Of a stretch of 64,000 bases of DNA, positions 38,386 to 53,044 are shown piece after piece. Source of the stretch: Camelus dromedarius. Lineage: Eukaryota. Each line of letters starts with the position of its first letter. The stretch's first letter is position 1. The position numbers and the translations under genes were made by a program. The notes under the pieces are model-generated. The model saw nothing but the letters and a program-made list of their open reading frames with translations. It was not told the DNA's origin and searched no databases. The stretch spans positions 100,318,001-100,382,000 of the forward strand of contig NC_087436.1 of NCBI RefSeq assembly GCF_036321535.1. The letters are read 5' to 3'.

Positions 38386-40869
38386 ATGGTGGCTGATGTG
38401 AGTCTGGGGCGGGGAGGGGACAGAAGCAGGAGGAATCATGCTGAGTAACAGCCCTGAGGCCCTGTGAGCTCAGGGGTTCCACTTCATCTGTAAATATAAA
38501 AGATGAGAAATATGCCCTTTATCCACGTCATAAAGGACCCCGTGTCCCATGCAAAGGATTAGGAATCATATGCCACTTTGCAACCGTTAGAATTTGGCTT
38601 TGGTTATCATTAATCAGAATTGGAGTTAAATTCAAGAAGGAGACATAAATCTATTTCTCACTGTCCTTCATCTAACCTATCCCGACCTTCAAATTCTATT
38701 TCAGAAGTGTGAACCACAATACCTGGCTGAATGATGGAATAAAGTTTCAAGTTAGACAACATAATTATTGTGTTGTTAAAATCCATTAATCAAAGTGAGT
38801 CTACATCCACCCTCTAGATTATTAAACAATAAAATATTGAAAGATTGACCTCCCATTCAAATCAAAAGAAAAATGATGGCTTCTCTCAAGAAATCATGCA
38901 TTAGAAATTATTGTCAGCTGGGGCCATACAAGAAACAGATATTTCAAGGAACTATTAATGTCAGAAATTTTGTTAAAAACTATTAGTGCCACTTATCTGA
39001 GAGCATATGTAGGTGCATAAATGCATATTTTATCTTTTGATCTCTCTCTTTATCTCTTTCACTCCCTCTTTCCTTCTCTTATTGTCTGGGCATCCACCTG
39101 TTTCACTCATAAAAAGCACTTCTTCATTCCCCTATGAATGCTTTTTCTCTATCAGCTTATCTTTTGCTTCTGTCCGCTTAGGTTGAACTTCACAAATTTT
39201 CAGATTTACCTCTATGACCTGAATGATAGTCTTACTTCATGTTTCCAATAATGGTTCTCCAGAGGGACAGTCTGACAGGCTCAACAGTGAATGAGTGATA
39301 AGTACATTTTTACTTTTCTAAATTCCAGTCACACATTATCTACTTTCTCTGTCTCTCTGTCTCTCTATCTCTCTGTCTCTCTGTCTCTATCTCTCTTAAA
39401 GACAAACTTTATTCCGTCTTCATATGAGTGCCTGTTGTGTTATCACTGTCCCCAACCCCAAATCCCATCCACATTTTGCTTCACCTACTCAATTCATCCT
39501 CAGTTGAGAGATAAATTGTTTCAGGAGTCTTCCCTGAAACCAATTTTCTGTTTTGTTTTTTTTTTAACTACAATAAACTTTATCAAAACATTTTAAAAAA
39601 TTAATTGCTTATTTGCTGAACAGTCTCTTCTTCTGGACTGTAAGATTTGTGATGTCAAGGCACTGTCTGCCTTGATGAAAAAGAATCCATGGAGTTTAGT
39701 TTGATTTCCTAATATATATTAATATTTCCTAAATAAATATATAAGTAAAAGAAATGAGGACAAACTCAAAGCTTATTTCAAGTCATTTATTAGCTTTGCT
39801 ACATCAAACTTCATCCTTGAATGTGTCTGGGCTTCAAACTTATTAGCTACATAGTGAGAATTTTGAGCCAAATGGCAGTTATAGACCTTTCAAGTTTATA
39901 ATTCTTCAACTCTATAAATGGTAATATTTAGAGGGAATCTACTTTCTATTGGCATCACATTTCCATTTTGTAGGATCTGGACTAGAGTAATATTCCTGGT
40001 TTTACTTCTCTTCAGACAGGAGAAATGACTTAACTGGCTGGTGAGTTCAGGAGAAGGAACTGGCCATTGGCCATGAGTGTATTTGATTGTGGAGACACCA
40101 TGGTCTCTCCTGCTTTGACCAAAATGGTCAGAGCAGGTTCTGTCCCTGCAACTGAAAGCTGACAGTTAACCAGTATTGCTGTGACCAGGGAATTAAGTGT
40201 CTCTGATTGAACCCCATTTGCCTGCAGACCTAGGTCATATTACCATGTCGCTAAATCAGTAATAGCAATGGTATTTTAATTTCCATATTCCTGAATCTTT
40301 TGCCTCTAATTTGGTTCTCAGCTTTGGGGAGAAACACGGGAATATAATTTAGGAGACCTCCAATATCTCAAGAGGCTATAATTAAACAGAATATTAGTTA
40401 TGTATACTCAGTTTTCAATTCTTTCAGATAAGTAGAAGTGCATTTTGAATACTTGTGTGTGTGTTTTTGTGTGTGTGTATTTATTAAGGATATTTAGTCT
40501 TTATGTGGAAATTGTAAACCTGTATACTTACACACTCAATCTGTAACTATTGGATTTGCTGACATTACTGTTTAAATTCTTCAGAGGTGCAGGGAAGAGT
40601 ACATATCATAAGAGCAAGACAATCCCACAATGGATATATGCACATTTTGAAAACGGAAATAATCACAGATGAACTGGTAAAATATATGGTTTAGAAAGTT
40701 CTCTTTTCCCAATGTTGTTTTTACATTGCTTCAAGTAATAAAAATTCTTCACTGTCTTATGAAAAGTCAAATAGCACTGAAAATTTTAAGCAAAGACTGA
40801 GGAGTGGTAATCTTTCCCTCTTACTGTGTCACCATGGAATCCTTTTTTTTGGAGGGGGTGGTCACCTGC

Positions 40870-41330
40870 CTACTTGTTCCCCCTGGGTCAGCCACAGGAG
40901 TGACCAGCTGGCCCAGAGGACGTTACCTCCCTGAACACAGAGATTGTTCCAGGAGTGAGCTTATGACTTAGACAGACTCAGGTTCCCTTGATAGATGTTT
41001 ATAAAGATGCCAGAGGAGACGAGCATCTATCTTCTCCTGAGGTCATGAACCTTAAAAATTACAAAAGCCTGGGACTCTCTGGAAACATCTCGGCTGCTAA
41101 GAGAGAGCGCACATTGGAAGAAGAACACTCCAAGGGAAAATGAGTGGGAGATAGCAAGCGTGAAATAGTCCTAATGACATTGTTTCAAATCCTGGAATCA
41201 GTGTTGCATGAAACCACATTTACTCCACACACTCTATATAACTATATCCTGATAAAACATATTCATTTTTTCCCCTACGCTAGTCAGAAACGAATTTCTG
41301 ACCCCTCTACCAGGAGTCCTGACTGACATG
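40870..41330 (+). mobile_element. Old MaLR LTR (MLT1J/K-like)
   Basis: 'gtcctaatgacattgtttcaaatcctggaatcagtg..gcatgaaacc', ending 'ggagtcctgactgacat'. Confidence 0.55.
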
Positions 41331-41819
41331 TACCAATAATCACATAACATGTGACAATAAAGATTCTTGAGCTTTAGAAAGTATGGAATGAGATATTTGT
41401 TTAGCAAGAGTAGGAAGTGATTGTGAGTTTAATAAAAGATTATATTTACTTCAATGTCTTTTCTATTTAAAGTTTTTTGTATTTTATTTAGGAAGTGATA
41501 AGGAAACTTTGGGGGAAATTGGCGTGACATAGCGCAGATATTAATCATGTTTTTCTTGCTTATTTTTTTTTCCCTTGTGACAAATATAATCCACAGTGAC
41601 AGAAAAAGATTCGAGATTACATCAGAGTTCACCAGAAAAGACCTCTCAGACATGAGTGATATGCCCCATGCTTGCAGGAAGAAAGGTGACAGACATATTT
41701 CACACGTGTGCCGCTCATGGGGTAATGAAAACATGGATTTTAGAATCATGCTAATCCACGGCTACATATTCATGTGAAATTTTTGTTTATATGTAGTCAT
41801 TGTAATCGGTGTCCATCAT

Positions 41820-41990
41820 CACAACATTACCTAGCAGTGATTTTTACCCCTATTTGAAAGATGAGGAAACCAACACTCGTAACAGTGAACAGTCAACCTA
41901 ACATCTCAGAACCAGAAGATTTGGGAGTAAATACTCAAATTCAGATTTGGTGGACACAGTACTCAAACTATTTTCCAGTTCTTTGTTTTT
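41820..41990 (-). mobile_element. MIR fragment
   Basis: Core-like 'cccctatttgaaagatgaggaaacc'. Confidence 0.55.
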
Positions 41991-42308
41991 CATAGTTTAC
42001 TTATTTATTGACCTACATCCCATGGAAAAATAATGTCCTTTTGACATTGATAAAGAAACAGAACAGGCCAATCAAATGGAATGTGTCATTTAGAGGACTT
42101 GAGTTAAGACAGAACAGCAGTTGACCAAAAAGAGGCACTTTTTGAAACTCAGATCAGTATTACTGGGAGCACTTAAAGAACAATCTGTCTACTACACAAC
42201 TTTACATAAGTTTTATGCCTTTCTGTGAACTGGACAACATCATAAGGAAACATTACCAGGGCAGTTTAAAAATGAAAGAACACATACTTAATTTTGAAAG
42301 CTACTGTT

Positions 42309-42357
42309 TTAATACAACATTGTAAAATGATTATAAATCAATAAAAAAAATTTTTAA
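42309..42357 (+). mobile_element. 49-bp extreme 3' tail of the young L1 family
   Basis: 'acaacattgtaaaatgattataaatcaataaaaaa' is identical to 28461-28495; 12-bp TSD aaagctactgtt at 42297-42308 and 42358-42369. Confidence 0.92.
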
Positions 42358-45300
42358 AAAGCTACTGTTAAAGTTATTTCTTTGTTTTATCATGTTTTAT
42401 TTAATCTCAGCATTATTTTCCTAAAATTTTATAGAAATACAGAAAAAAAGGTTTTTTTTCTAAATTAAAATCATTTAATAGGTATTTTCTCATTGAGTAT
42501 CGAACTAAATTTCCACATGAAGTTGTCAGAAACCTTTTCCCCTTAATCTATAATACAATGCCATGTTTAACCACCATCTACCTAAATTCCTTAGGAAGTT
42601 GAGACATCCATACCATACGGAGCCTTATGTGGATTTACGGGTTGTTGAAAATTTAAATAGCTTTAAAATAAAAATAATATGCTGCCTAAATAATGCCAGG
42701 AATATATTTTAATCCTCAAAACCATTCTCCAAAATACTGTCCTACCAAAAAATCAAGGTCAAAAATGAAATGATGTCTGTCAAGATATTTTTGGTTACAA
42801 AGAGGAGTTATAGACCCAAACTTCAAATCAGATGTAATAATATTGATGTACTACTAAAACCAAGTAATCAGATCAAAATGTTCTGTGAGTTAACATGGAA
42901 ATCATGGTGTTAGTTACCACATTAGTTACCACATAGCAATTAACATGCCTGTAAGAATCATCAAGTGGTCAAAATTTGGAGAAAAATCTCTGTGTTTGGA
43001 AGTTTTACAGTGGTGAGTAGATGTGATGAGTAGATAAAAATATTTAAATGTCCTTCTTTTTAAAACCCAAGTGAGGCTTTTATTGTTAATTATACAGAAA
43101 GAAATTGTGTTTTCTTACTAAATTCCTATAAAAATTATACAGGCATATTTTTGAAGAGTAGCAAAGTGTTGTCACACAAAACTCCTGGTTGAGAATTCAT
43201 GGATTTTGGGAATCGGTCTCAGTTGAGCCATCAATAATTATCACATTAGGTATATCTTTCACAATACTCTCTGTCTGTCTTTGTTTCCTACGTGGTAAAA
43301 TAAATTAAGGGAAGATGTTAGAGCACCATTTCTGGATGAAATTTTCTGAGATATGTGTTTACTCCTCTGAAATAATCAGGGATGAATTGAAGATCTTTAT
43401 AATAGTGGGGTAACCATTTGTTTTCTATACCCTTATTAAACGAGTGATGTTAATTCTGATGTTTTTTACTGTAAAAATCCCGCATTTGAAAGCACACCCC
43501 AAATACCCACATGGCAGTACTATCAAATGAGGGCACACTGCACAGAGGCTGCTGAGCGAGGGCATATCTGGAGTGTGATTTTTCTGGAAACATCACCTTT
43601 CTGCATCCTTATTTTTCACTCTCGCTGTTGTTGAAAAGTTCACAACTGCTTCTCCTGCATATGGCCAAGGAATTCCACTAAAGACAAAACAGAAGCACTT
43701 ATCCCTGTTGCATTCATTGGTTCAGATCAGCACCAGCTGGGATTTTTATGGTGTGTGGTTCCACAAACCAACATATTGAGGTCATTTCTGCTTTTCTCTT
43801 TCGGTTGCAAATGATGGAAAATGTCAGTTCATGATGAGCAACAACCCCAAAAAGTGGCATGGCCAACTAATTGAAGCTGACGCATGCAGCTCCTCTTCCC
43901 TGTGATGGTTTCATAGACGCTCAGACATAATGTGTCTTCAGAAGGTGCTGGAGGTGCTGCTTTTACCCTTTGTGAGAACACTTCACTCACAAAGCTTGGA
44001 ATGGATTACTATAGCTTCAGTCACTTGTAAAATTTCAAAATATATTTCATACTGATACTTTTCCATTTAATTTTAATTAGAAGATTAATTTTGGAAAATA
44101 TGAAGTTCTCCTCATGCTATTTTGAATGTCCCCTTATGGGTTCTAAAATCCAGTATAGAAATGAAGGTTAGAAACAGAATTTACAGAATTATGAAATGGT
44201 TTTCCTAACAGAAGAGACACAGCAAAATTTGATCACAGCTTCCTTCTACCTCTTACTAATTATTTTTTTATCGAATGAAAGTCCAGTTTCAAAGTGATGT
44301 TGATGATAATAACTAATTTTCATTCTAGTAAAAATAAGTAAAGTGAAAGGCTGAAAGTAAGTTCTGGTTAATTACATATTTAATTCTTCAGTAATCTTTC
44401 ACCTTTTCTAATTCTTTTTTAGCATATATTTTTATTGTGGTTGTTACACATTTTTAAACACTTCTCTAAAGTGTTTGTAAAATAGTTAATCTCATCCACC
44501 ACATGACATACCTCTCTTGTTCAAGTAATTTGCATGTAGTATATGAAAAACCAACTTTAGAATGTTTTTAAACAATTTTTCTAACTGCATTACAGAAGAG
44601 CAGTTACAATCTATCCCTCAAATAAGACTGTTTTCTACATAGAAATCCAGTTGCACTGTAATAATTACCTTTACTCCAGTCATTTTTAAACATCTAAATT
44701 CATTTAAAAATGCAATAGAACAATAATCACAATTATGTTGATTAATAATTGAAGCAATGAAGATTTTTACCTTATTTTTTAAATGCAATATCTGAAACGC
44801 AGAATCCTATTTCTCTGGCTCCTTTATTCTTTTCCATCTATTCTAATTCTTGAAATGGGAATTTTTCTTCATTAAATTCAACACAGGAAATATCTACTGA
44901 AGAGTAGAAATAATGATCTCATTAAAAATAGAGAGAAATATCATGTAAACAAAACAATAAGAAAAAAATATATGAAGGAAATCCAAAAACACAGGCTACT
45001 TATAATCTAATTGAGAATATAAGGCAGCATTTTCTTCTACAAAATGGTATAAATAATTTTACACATGTAGAGGGAAATTTCTCAGAAATTTAAATCACAA
45101 ATGCCTACTACCTCTTTCCTTTATAATCAATCAGGTTATAACTTGTGAGATATCAACCTCAAAGTAAAACCAAATTAACAGCAGAAAGTTACAAAAAATT
45201 CTACCCATTATACCCACTTTTGATAAATTCAGTGGGCTGTGATAAATGAAAGTTGGGAATAAACCTGTTTTTCATACAAAGTTTATCTTAAACTTCCACA

Positions 45301-45466
45301 ACTCATTTAGCTTTTCCATGGTAGAGGCAGAAAGCCTTAAGTAGCTGTAGAGGAGAGAAGGACAGAGAACATGGAAATCTACATGGAGAAGTAAGGCGAA
45401 GAGGCTAGGGTTCTACGCAAAATCTAATCCATGGTTTTTATTCTAGTCAGTGTCCTTTGCTCCTTG

Positions 45467-45468
<2 letters not shown>

Positions 45469-45508
<40 letters not shown>

Positions 45509-45543
45509 TGTGTGTGTGTATGTGTACGAGACAGAGAGAGAGA
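45469..45543 (+). repeat. (TG)n then (GA)n microsatellite
   Basis: Directly visible. Confidence 0.95.
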
Positions 45544-48039
45544 ATTTCTAAATACCACTATTGCTGTTTTTTTCCAGGTTTACTTTTGCAGTCTCTCACT
45601 CTGGGCTGCCTGCATCAACAACTGTCCAACTGTTTCCCATTTGAGCATGTCCTCCGTCAGATTGTGATTAGAAGTCAGACTCTGTGGGCTTCTCCTTGTG
45701 GTCTTGTAATTGCCTACATGGGAACACTCACACATATCAGCTAGAACAATCACCTCTATCAGCTGGAAACCATTTTTTAATTTAAGTGAACACATCGGGC
45801 TAAACATTTATTTGGACAGTTATTTCTGTTGCAAAGAAATCTTGTGTCTATCCCAAGTTGTCCTGAAGAATAGGATGCATGGTTTTAGGACCAGAATACG
45901 TGGAGATAATTAGGAGATATGCCTTGTTCTCTTTACGTTGCTAAGTGTAATGATGTGAAAATCAACATTTGGTGACCCTTTTGGGGAAAATCTTCAAATC
46001 CCAGCCTGTCAAATATTGTTTAGCATTCTTGCAGCCTTTTATCCTTCATAATAAACTAAGAGTGAAAAGCTATTTTGCATTTACTAAATAGAGGATTTTC
46101 TTTTCTTAAAAAAATTGAAATCCACATATGATAATGAGTAACTCCAGATCAGTGTTTTTACACAATTAACTTTTTGCAAATTCAGCAATAACAGCAATTA
46201 TGGTCAGTGACACAAGTAGACTTTGCAACACAAGGTGCATAATTGGTTAGTCTAGAATATGGCTTAAAAAGCCATAAAGGATTTTGGTAAATAAGAACTG
46301 GCAATTTAATACCGTTACTGATAACTTCTTTGGTATTAAAACATACACATAAGGAAAATGAAGAAACCATATCACTTAGATCTTCTCTGTGATTTTTATA
46401 CACCCTAAATATGTTACAAAAAAAGGAAGGGCTAAAAGGATAAAATTAAAACACAAGATCCTTTGTATTTCTTGTAAATACATCTCATTTCAGAATGTAC
46501 AGAATTGCCTTCAAGTCATTAAATTACTGAGTACTGTTCTTTAAACGCTTGTTAAACCATGTCTCAGATAATCAGCTGGGATTATCCTTATCAAACCAGT
46601 CCCTTGGTTTTAAACTCTAGGTTTTCCAGAAATTGTCAGTCCCTGGGAACAGTGCCAATGCCTTACTCATCTTAGAATCCTAGATAATTTCTGAAGATTA
46701 AAAGATATTCAATTAATTCTACTTGAGTGAATCAAAACTATGATTATACACACACACATGCACACACAAAATGATACAAGGCAGTTAATCCACAATTCTT
46801 GGGTGGATCCCTGAATGCATAGTTACAGCAACTCACCAGGATGATCAACTAGCGAACAGAAGAGGTGTTATCTGTACCCTCAATCTGAAAATATTTAAAA
46901 GACCCTGTAATATCTCCTCTTCAGCTGAATTTTCCATTTGGTACTGAAACAGTGTATGCTTCTTTGATGAATATGTTATATTAAGCAATCAGCAGTTTGT
47001 GAACAGTATTAAGTATTCTTCTAGACTTTTTAAATACCAATGAGGCAGAAGAAAAGAGCTGCTAGATACATTTTCAGTGTTCTAGTTAAAATGAAGTTAA
47101 GCATCAGTATTACCCACGTCTCCTTATTCAAGTACAATAACTTTTATGAACTCTATTTTGCCAATGCACTTTAGATAAAGACAAAGTGGGCTGAAGAAAC
47201 TTTATTCTTATTTATTACAAAAATGTCTTATAAAAAAATTTGCAAAAGAACAGTCATTTAGGAGAACTGAACTAAGAGACTTGTTTTAGCTATTTTTTTG
47301 CCCACACAGAAAGAAATATTTTTATAGCACATAGTGCAAAGTGGATGTTAAATGAGTTTTTAGTAAATTGTTCTGAAATCAATGTTTCTCCCCCTTATTT
47401 TTATCTTTATTTCTTCAAAGTTATAATAAGCTTTAGAAACACATGTAACTAGAATACCAATTTAATTTGGTTCAATGCAACACACATTAAAAAAAATAGC
47501 TAATAGGTTAGCTATTTCCCATTCTTAACTTCCTTCCTTGAAAATTTTAATATAGAGCCTGAAAATAATATATTTTAAGATAAGGATAAGTAGGTACCAT
47601 GATTCCGACCATGGACTCTAAGTGGAACTCTACTGTGGGCGTGCTAGGAAAGCTTTAGCTTCCTTAATAAATAAACGGGGCAGAGTTCTATTTTTTTCAT
47701 AATTTGAACATAAATTAATACCTGGATCTGTAGCAATCACGTGGCTTATAGGACCAAGAGAATGCAGGGTTGCTAAGCCAGTACCAGCAGCTGCCTATTT
47801 CCAGATGACTTGTTAATTATGTAGGCACTCTATATAAGTTATTATAAAATTATCAAATACTAATTATATTTGTCAGTTATATTTAGTTTATTGACCCATT
47901 CTCACATCTGTTTACTAAATTAAATTCTTAGTAAAAACAGGAAAAGGAAGAGTTTGGTTAGGTTATTCTTTTCTTTCGCCCAAGAAATGTTATTAAGTGC
48001 TCCTTTTATTTTCCAGGTTTATCCCAGGCTTGATGATGG

Positions 48040-49140
48040 ATCAGACAAAAATGAAAACACATAAAACACTGTTATCCTAAAGATAAATATGCATTTACAG
48101 ATACTGGAATATATTATCTAACAAGATAAATTTTTAAATGACAAAAAGTATAATTATTACATACAATTTTCTCTAATAAAAATGTATTAAAACCAGAAAT
48201 CAATACAAATCAATAATTATAAAAATATAATTTGAAAACATTTTGATAATTCTATAAGTATAATTTAAGTTATAAAGGAAATACAAAATTAATTTTTAAA
48301 TAGCTTAGACATTACTGAAATTTAAAATATTACATATTAAAACCCATGTTACATGATCAAAGTTCTATTCCAATGAAATTTATAGCTTTAAATATGTTAT
48401 TAGTAAGCCAAGATTAATAGAATTAAAGTCAGAAGCATTTAAGAGATTAGTCTCTTAACTTACTAAGCAGGATACAGGAAAAATGAAGATAAACGGATAA
48501 AATATATAAATTAGGGGAGGAGCCTGGAAATAAAAACTGTAAAATAAATAAAACTCAGGGCTGGTTCTTTAAGGAACAAAACATACACATACACACATTC
48601 AAACACAAAAATAACTTCATAGGGAATGAGAAATGGATTTAACTACACTGTTAAAGAGAAAATAACATTTTAACAAAATGATATGTAAAAATTATTTTAA
48701 TTAATATGAGATTATTGAAATAATTACTGACACTTTTGTCATTTAAAACACTACATTAATTGAGATGTATAGAAAAAAGCCATTGAAGAAAGAGCAAATC
48801 TAGCTAAAGTGCAAAGCCCTGACAATTTTAGAAGCAATTACTTCAAACATCCAACGTTCATGGTGCAAATAAATAACAAATGAAGTTTTAAGAAAATAAA
48901 TATATTATGAGAAATATTATATGGTACAGTTATAAAGTATGATTAATTCGTTTATCTTAATTTAGCAAATAAGTATCTAATGCCAAACATTGTTCCTCTA
49001 TTCTGATGCATATCAGTAAGAAAAAATCATACTCATTAAAAATAACTATAAGATGTAGAATGGCAGTTCTCATTAAAATAACAGGCAAATATTTTTGTAA
49101 AGGCCATTCTCACTAATGATGAGATGAAAGCAAACTCAGA
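48040..49140 (+). mobile_element. Highly decayed L1 ORF2 (L1ME-like)
   Basis: A-rich with 'gaaatttatagctttaaat', 'aaactcagggctggttcttt', 'aagccctgacaatttt' remnants. Confidence 0.5.
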
Positions 49141-49169
49141 CAAGAAATAAGATATTTTTATTTCACAGG

Positions 49170-50470
49170 TTGACATCTGAATATTATCAATATTTCTTAG
49201 TTTCCCTCCCTGTCAATCTAAATTTCTCATCCCCAGACCCATATATTAAACTTCCACCCTACATTCTGCACTTAAAAGTTCAGACATTGCAAACTCAACC
49301 TGTCCCAAGTGAAGCTCATAACTATTTTTTCCTAGATGGCTTCTGAGTACCTGACCTCAGGTAAGAACATTTTCTATGTAAAAGTAAGCATTGGGATTTA
49401 TGTTAAATATATTACAGTAACTCAGATCCTCACACTACAAGAACAACTATTTTCACTTCCTAAGTATCTCTTAAATTTATCTTCTTTTCCGTTAAATCCA
49501 ACTTCAAGAAGCCAGAATTACTTCTTATCCACATTACTCCTTTTGCTTCCTAATCTGTCTAAATCCCATTTGGCTACCCCTTCAAAACACTCACTCTGTT
49601 AAAGCAGGCAGGTAGCTAGATATGAGCAGAGAAAGAGGGACATAGACTAAATGGCAGAAAATCATACATCTTGTGAACAATGGTGAACCTTAGAAATCAA
49701 GAAAAACAGAATCCTCCAGACTGTTAAAAAAAACATACCTTCTGGATTGACAAGTGTCCTGGAGGCAGTAGGGTGGGACAGGACAAGAATCTCCACCATC
49801 TGAATGTAACCTTTAGATCATTATGACCTCCGTCCAAATGTAAACTTTTGCTAATGATACCCCCATCCGAATGTAACATTTTGTTTATTATGACCTCATC
49901 CAACTTCCCCATCAAGACTAAGTAAGGACAAAAAATTCCCTTTTCCCCACCCGCAAAGATGGATCTGGGATGAAGATCAGAAAAGACAACCCCAACCCCT
50001 TCCTGCCAATGAATATTCTGACCATTCATTTTTACACTCATATAAGGAGCTTGCCAAGGAAACTTGGGGCAGTTGCTCACCTGAGCCTGCCCGCTCTCTC
50101 CCTAAGAGTGTACTATCCATTCCTTAATAAATCCTCACTTTGCTTTCTTAACTTCCGCACCTTGTCTCTGAGTTCTTTCTGTGACAAGACAAGAAATTCT
50201 TTCCCACAACAACTCCATCTTATGCAGAAATGTCCTTCTTAAATGGAAAACTCATCATGACCCTTTTCTGTTTAAAACATGCCTTCTCATTGCTTTTTTG
50301 ATGAAAAGCAAAATATTTAATAAGGCTTACAGAACTCTGGTCCTGGACTTGATTCCAGCTCTCAGTGAATCAATTCCTTTGCCCCTCCCACTCATTTCTG
50401 TGCTGCAGACAAACATGACTCTGATCACAGCAGACTGTGTTCTGCTGAGCACTTGTGCTCTTCAGTGTTG
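49170..50470 (+). mobile_element. L2 element interrupted by a solo LTR
   Basis: 'aaactcaacctgtcccaagtgaagctc' before the LTR; 'gccttctcattgc...atgaaaagcaaaat..aaggcttac' after it. Confidence 0.6.
49597..50211 (+). mobile_element. Solo LTR, ERV1-type (615 bp)
   Basis: TGTT...AACA termini, 4-bp TSD actc (49593-49596 and 50212-50215), TATAA at 50041, AATAAA at 50126, duplicated U3 motifs. Confidence 0.92.
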
Positions 50471-52688
50471 AAGCCTTGCTTCAGCTGGGTTAAAGGCAGC
50501 CAAAGAAAACAGAGTAGCAAGACACCTGAGGGTTATTGGCTTTGAAGGAAGGGCTAGAAAATAAAGATCAATGTTACTGGAGACACGTTTCATCTTTTTT
50601 TGAATATTTCCAAGGCTGAAATTATCTTTTTCTATTTGTAATTGTCCTTAATGAGCACTGTTCTGTAATGGACAGTAATGTCAAATATTACCTCTCACAT
50701 AGTGTAAAACCTGCCAAATTATGACACGTATTATTTAGCTCAACTTGTTATGGACATTCTTCATTTTCATATAAAATAGTATCTGATTATGCTATTATTT
50801 CTGTGTGAAATATATCATACACTTAAAAATAAAATTGAATTATTAAATTAATTGAACATGCTAAATTCTCAAATTTAAAAAGCAGTGTCCTCTGCTAGTC
50901 TGAAAAATCAAGACAAAAAATTGCTAAAAGTACATTTGTTAAAAATAAGGGGAACGTTTATAATAATTTTATATTATTCTGTTGACTTTCTACACTTAAA
51001 GGTAAGAGGAATTTTGCAGGAGTTAAAAAACAAAATTGATCTTACTGCTTTCCAATCTTTTCATCTGGGAATGGATTTGATGGTGGGAGAATGGAAGCTA
51101 TTAGGTAAAGCAGTATATTGTCTGTTTGCCTATTTATCCCTGTGCTTGATAAATAAATGTGCTTGATTCCTGTTGTAATCTGGTTATGCAGGAATCAATC
51201 ACTTTCCTTGTCCATTATTTATTTTGAAGTAGGCGAGAATATGGCTATCAATATATTTATAGACTCTAAGTGCCTGTTTCTGCTGTAGTCCCCCAGGCTA
51301 TCAATTTTTCTGTCATCCCAAATGACGCTGGAATATGCCAGGTTATACTTGATGAAAGAGGCAAAAGTTTTTTGTTTCCTTCTTTACCATCAAAGAGTTC
51401 CTGGATATTAGAGTTATTAGCTCATTTGCTGCCCATTTCTTGTCCTGACAACTTTCATGGGATTTTACGCTCCAGGTTAGATTGAATACATATAAATATG
51501 AAGTTGTTTACAGAAAGGTCGGGGCCATCACAAAAGCATGTCTTAGAAATAATGCTTAAAGAACTTGATAGTGTAGCCAGTTCCATCATGTAGCAGGATA
51601 AAAGGGTATCCCCAGTCTCACACTTTGTCAATGACAGCGACAGGATTCTGGCCTTTGTCTTTCTTCTCCGTATCTCCTCACTCACCCTCTTTTCAAGGCT
51701 TTCAGAACCCTCGCCTCATAGTCTGTCTTGAGAAAACCTCTAACACTCTCCAGTGGAAGGAATTTCACCTCTTGACCTTCCCTTGTCTCCTGATACTTTG
51801 AGCCATTCCTCAGATTTGGACCACATGACTATGCATACTTTCTTCTCAAACGTCTTGGACTCAAAGAAGAAGAAGCACTTCCAAGAATGAGCTTTAATCC
51901 AAGTGACTGGTTTTTATTTCTGTCTTCCCACCAGTGAAAGTTACTCCTCATGTGAAATAAGCACAGCTTTACTGACACATATTTTTGTCTCTAGTGATTC
52001 AATTAACCCGTACTGAGTTAGTCATCTTTCTCCTTTTCAAGATGGTTCTAATGTTGCCAGTTAGGAACAATAGACACCCTTCTCATTATTTTCTGAGATG
52101 ACTTTGGACATTTTTTGCCCCACCTAAAGTCTGACAGAATTACAAGAGGAAGCACAGAGACTATTAAATATTTCTCTCTCTTTGTTACTCACCAGAACTA
52201 AGAAGAGTTCCAGTGAATCAGCTCCAATAATCATATTTTGATTTGAAACATTCTTTCTAATGGAATAGACAAGGAGGAAGAGAGGGCTGCCCTTTGTGAA
52301 TGTTCTCAAATGCCCCTTTTCTCAGAACAAAGGGCCCTCTCTGCTCCCCTTCCAAAAAAAAAAAAAAAAAAACTCTCTTGGGGAAGCATATAGATATATT
52401 TTCTTTTTGTTAAGAAGACAAGTAGATTATCCAATCATGTCACAAAACAATATATTTCATATATTGCAACAGGCAAAATAGTGCCTACCAATTATGTATA
52501 TCATTTAAAATCTCCTTCACTTATTGTTCATCATTCTTTTGGAAGAAGCAAATGATTATGCCCCAAAGTACCAGTGCCATCAATAAGATAAAGATGTTAC
52601 TGGGGTTTGCAAACTCTATTAATACATTCCCCCAATCTTTTAGTCTATGTATTAGACCTTTCTGAGTACAGGGATCCAGAACTTCTTG

Positions 52689-52804
52689 GAGAAGGAAGGG
52701 AGGAAGGAAAGAAGGAAGGGAAGGAGAGAAGGAGGGAGGATGAAAGAAAGAAAAGGAGAAAAGGGGAAAGAAAGAATCCAGGAAAGAAAAGGGAAGGAGA
52801 AAAG
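52689..52804 (+). repeat. Purine-rich (GGAA)n-like low-complexity tract
   Basis: Directly visible. Confidence 0.9.
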
Positions 52805-53044
52805 CCATAAAATAAGAAAAACTTGGAAGGAGAGGGACTGATAGGTTGGTTTGTTTGTTTTAATAACTGTTTTGATATAGAACGAAAAGACAATTTCAGG
52901 TTTTATAATTCTTCTGAAAAATTGTCCTTACCTCATTGCTTTTTAAAAAATAACCAAAATTAAGTTTAGGACAGAGAATGGGGCCACTCTGGGACTGGAA
53001 TAAGTCTGAAACAGGAACTGTAGAACAGCCAGCAGAAACTGAGG

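Noticed and set aside
38203..38482. K/R/E-rich or F/S-rich ORFs (also 52521-52893) and CV/HT-repeat ORFs (45431, 57807)
   Set aside because: These are translations of purine tracts and (TG)n microsatellites.
47496..47517. Hairpin aatagctaa-tagg-ttagctatt
   Set aside because: A 9-bp AT-rich stem is expected by chance in 64 kb of AT-rich sequence.
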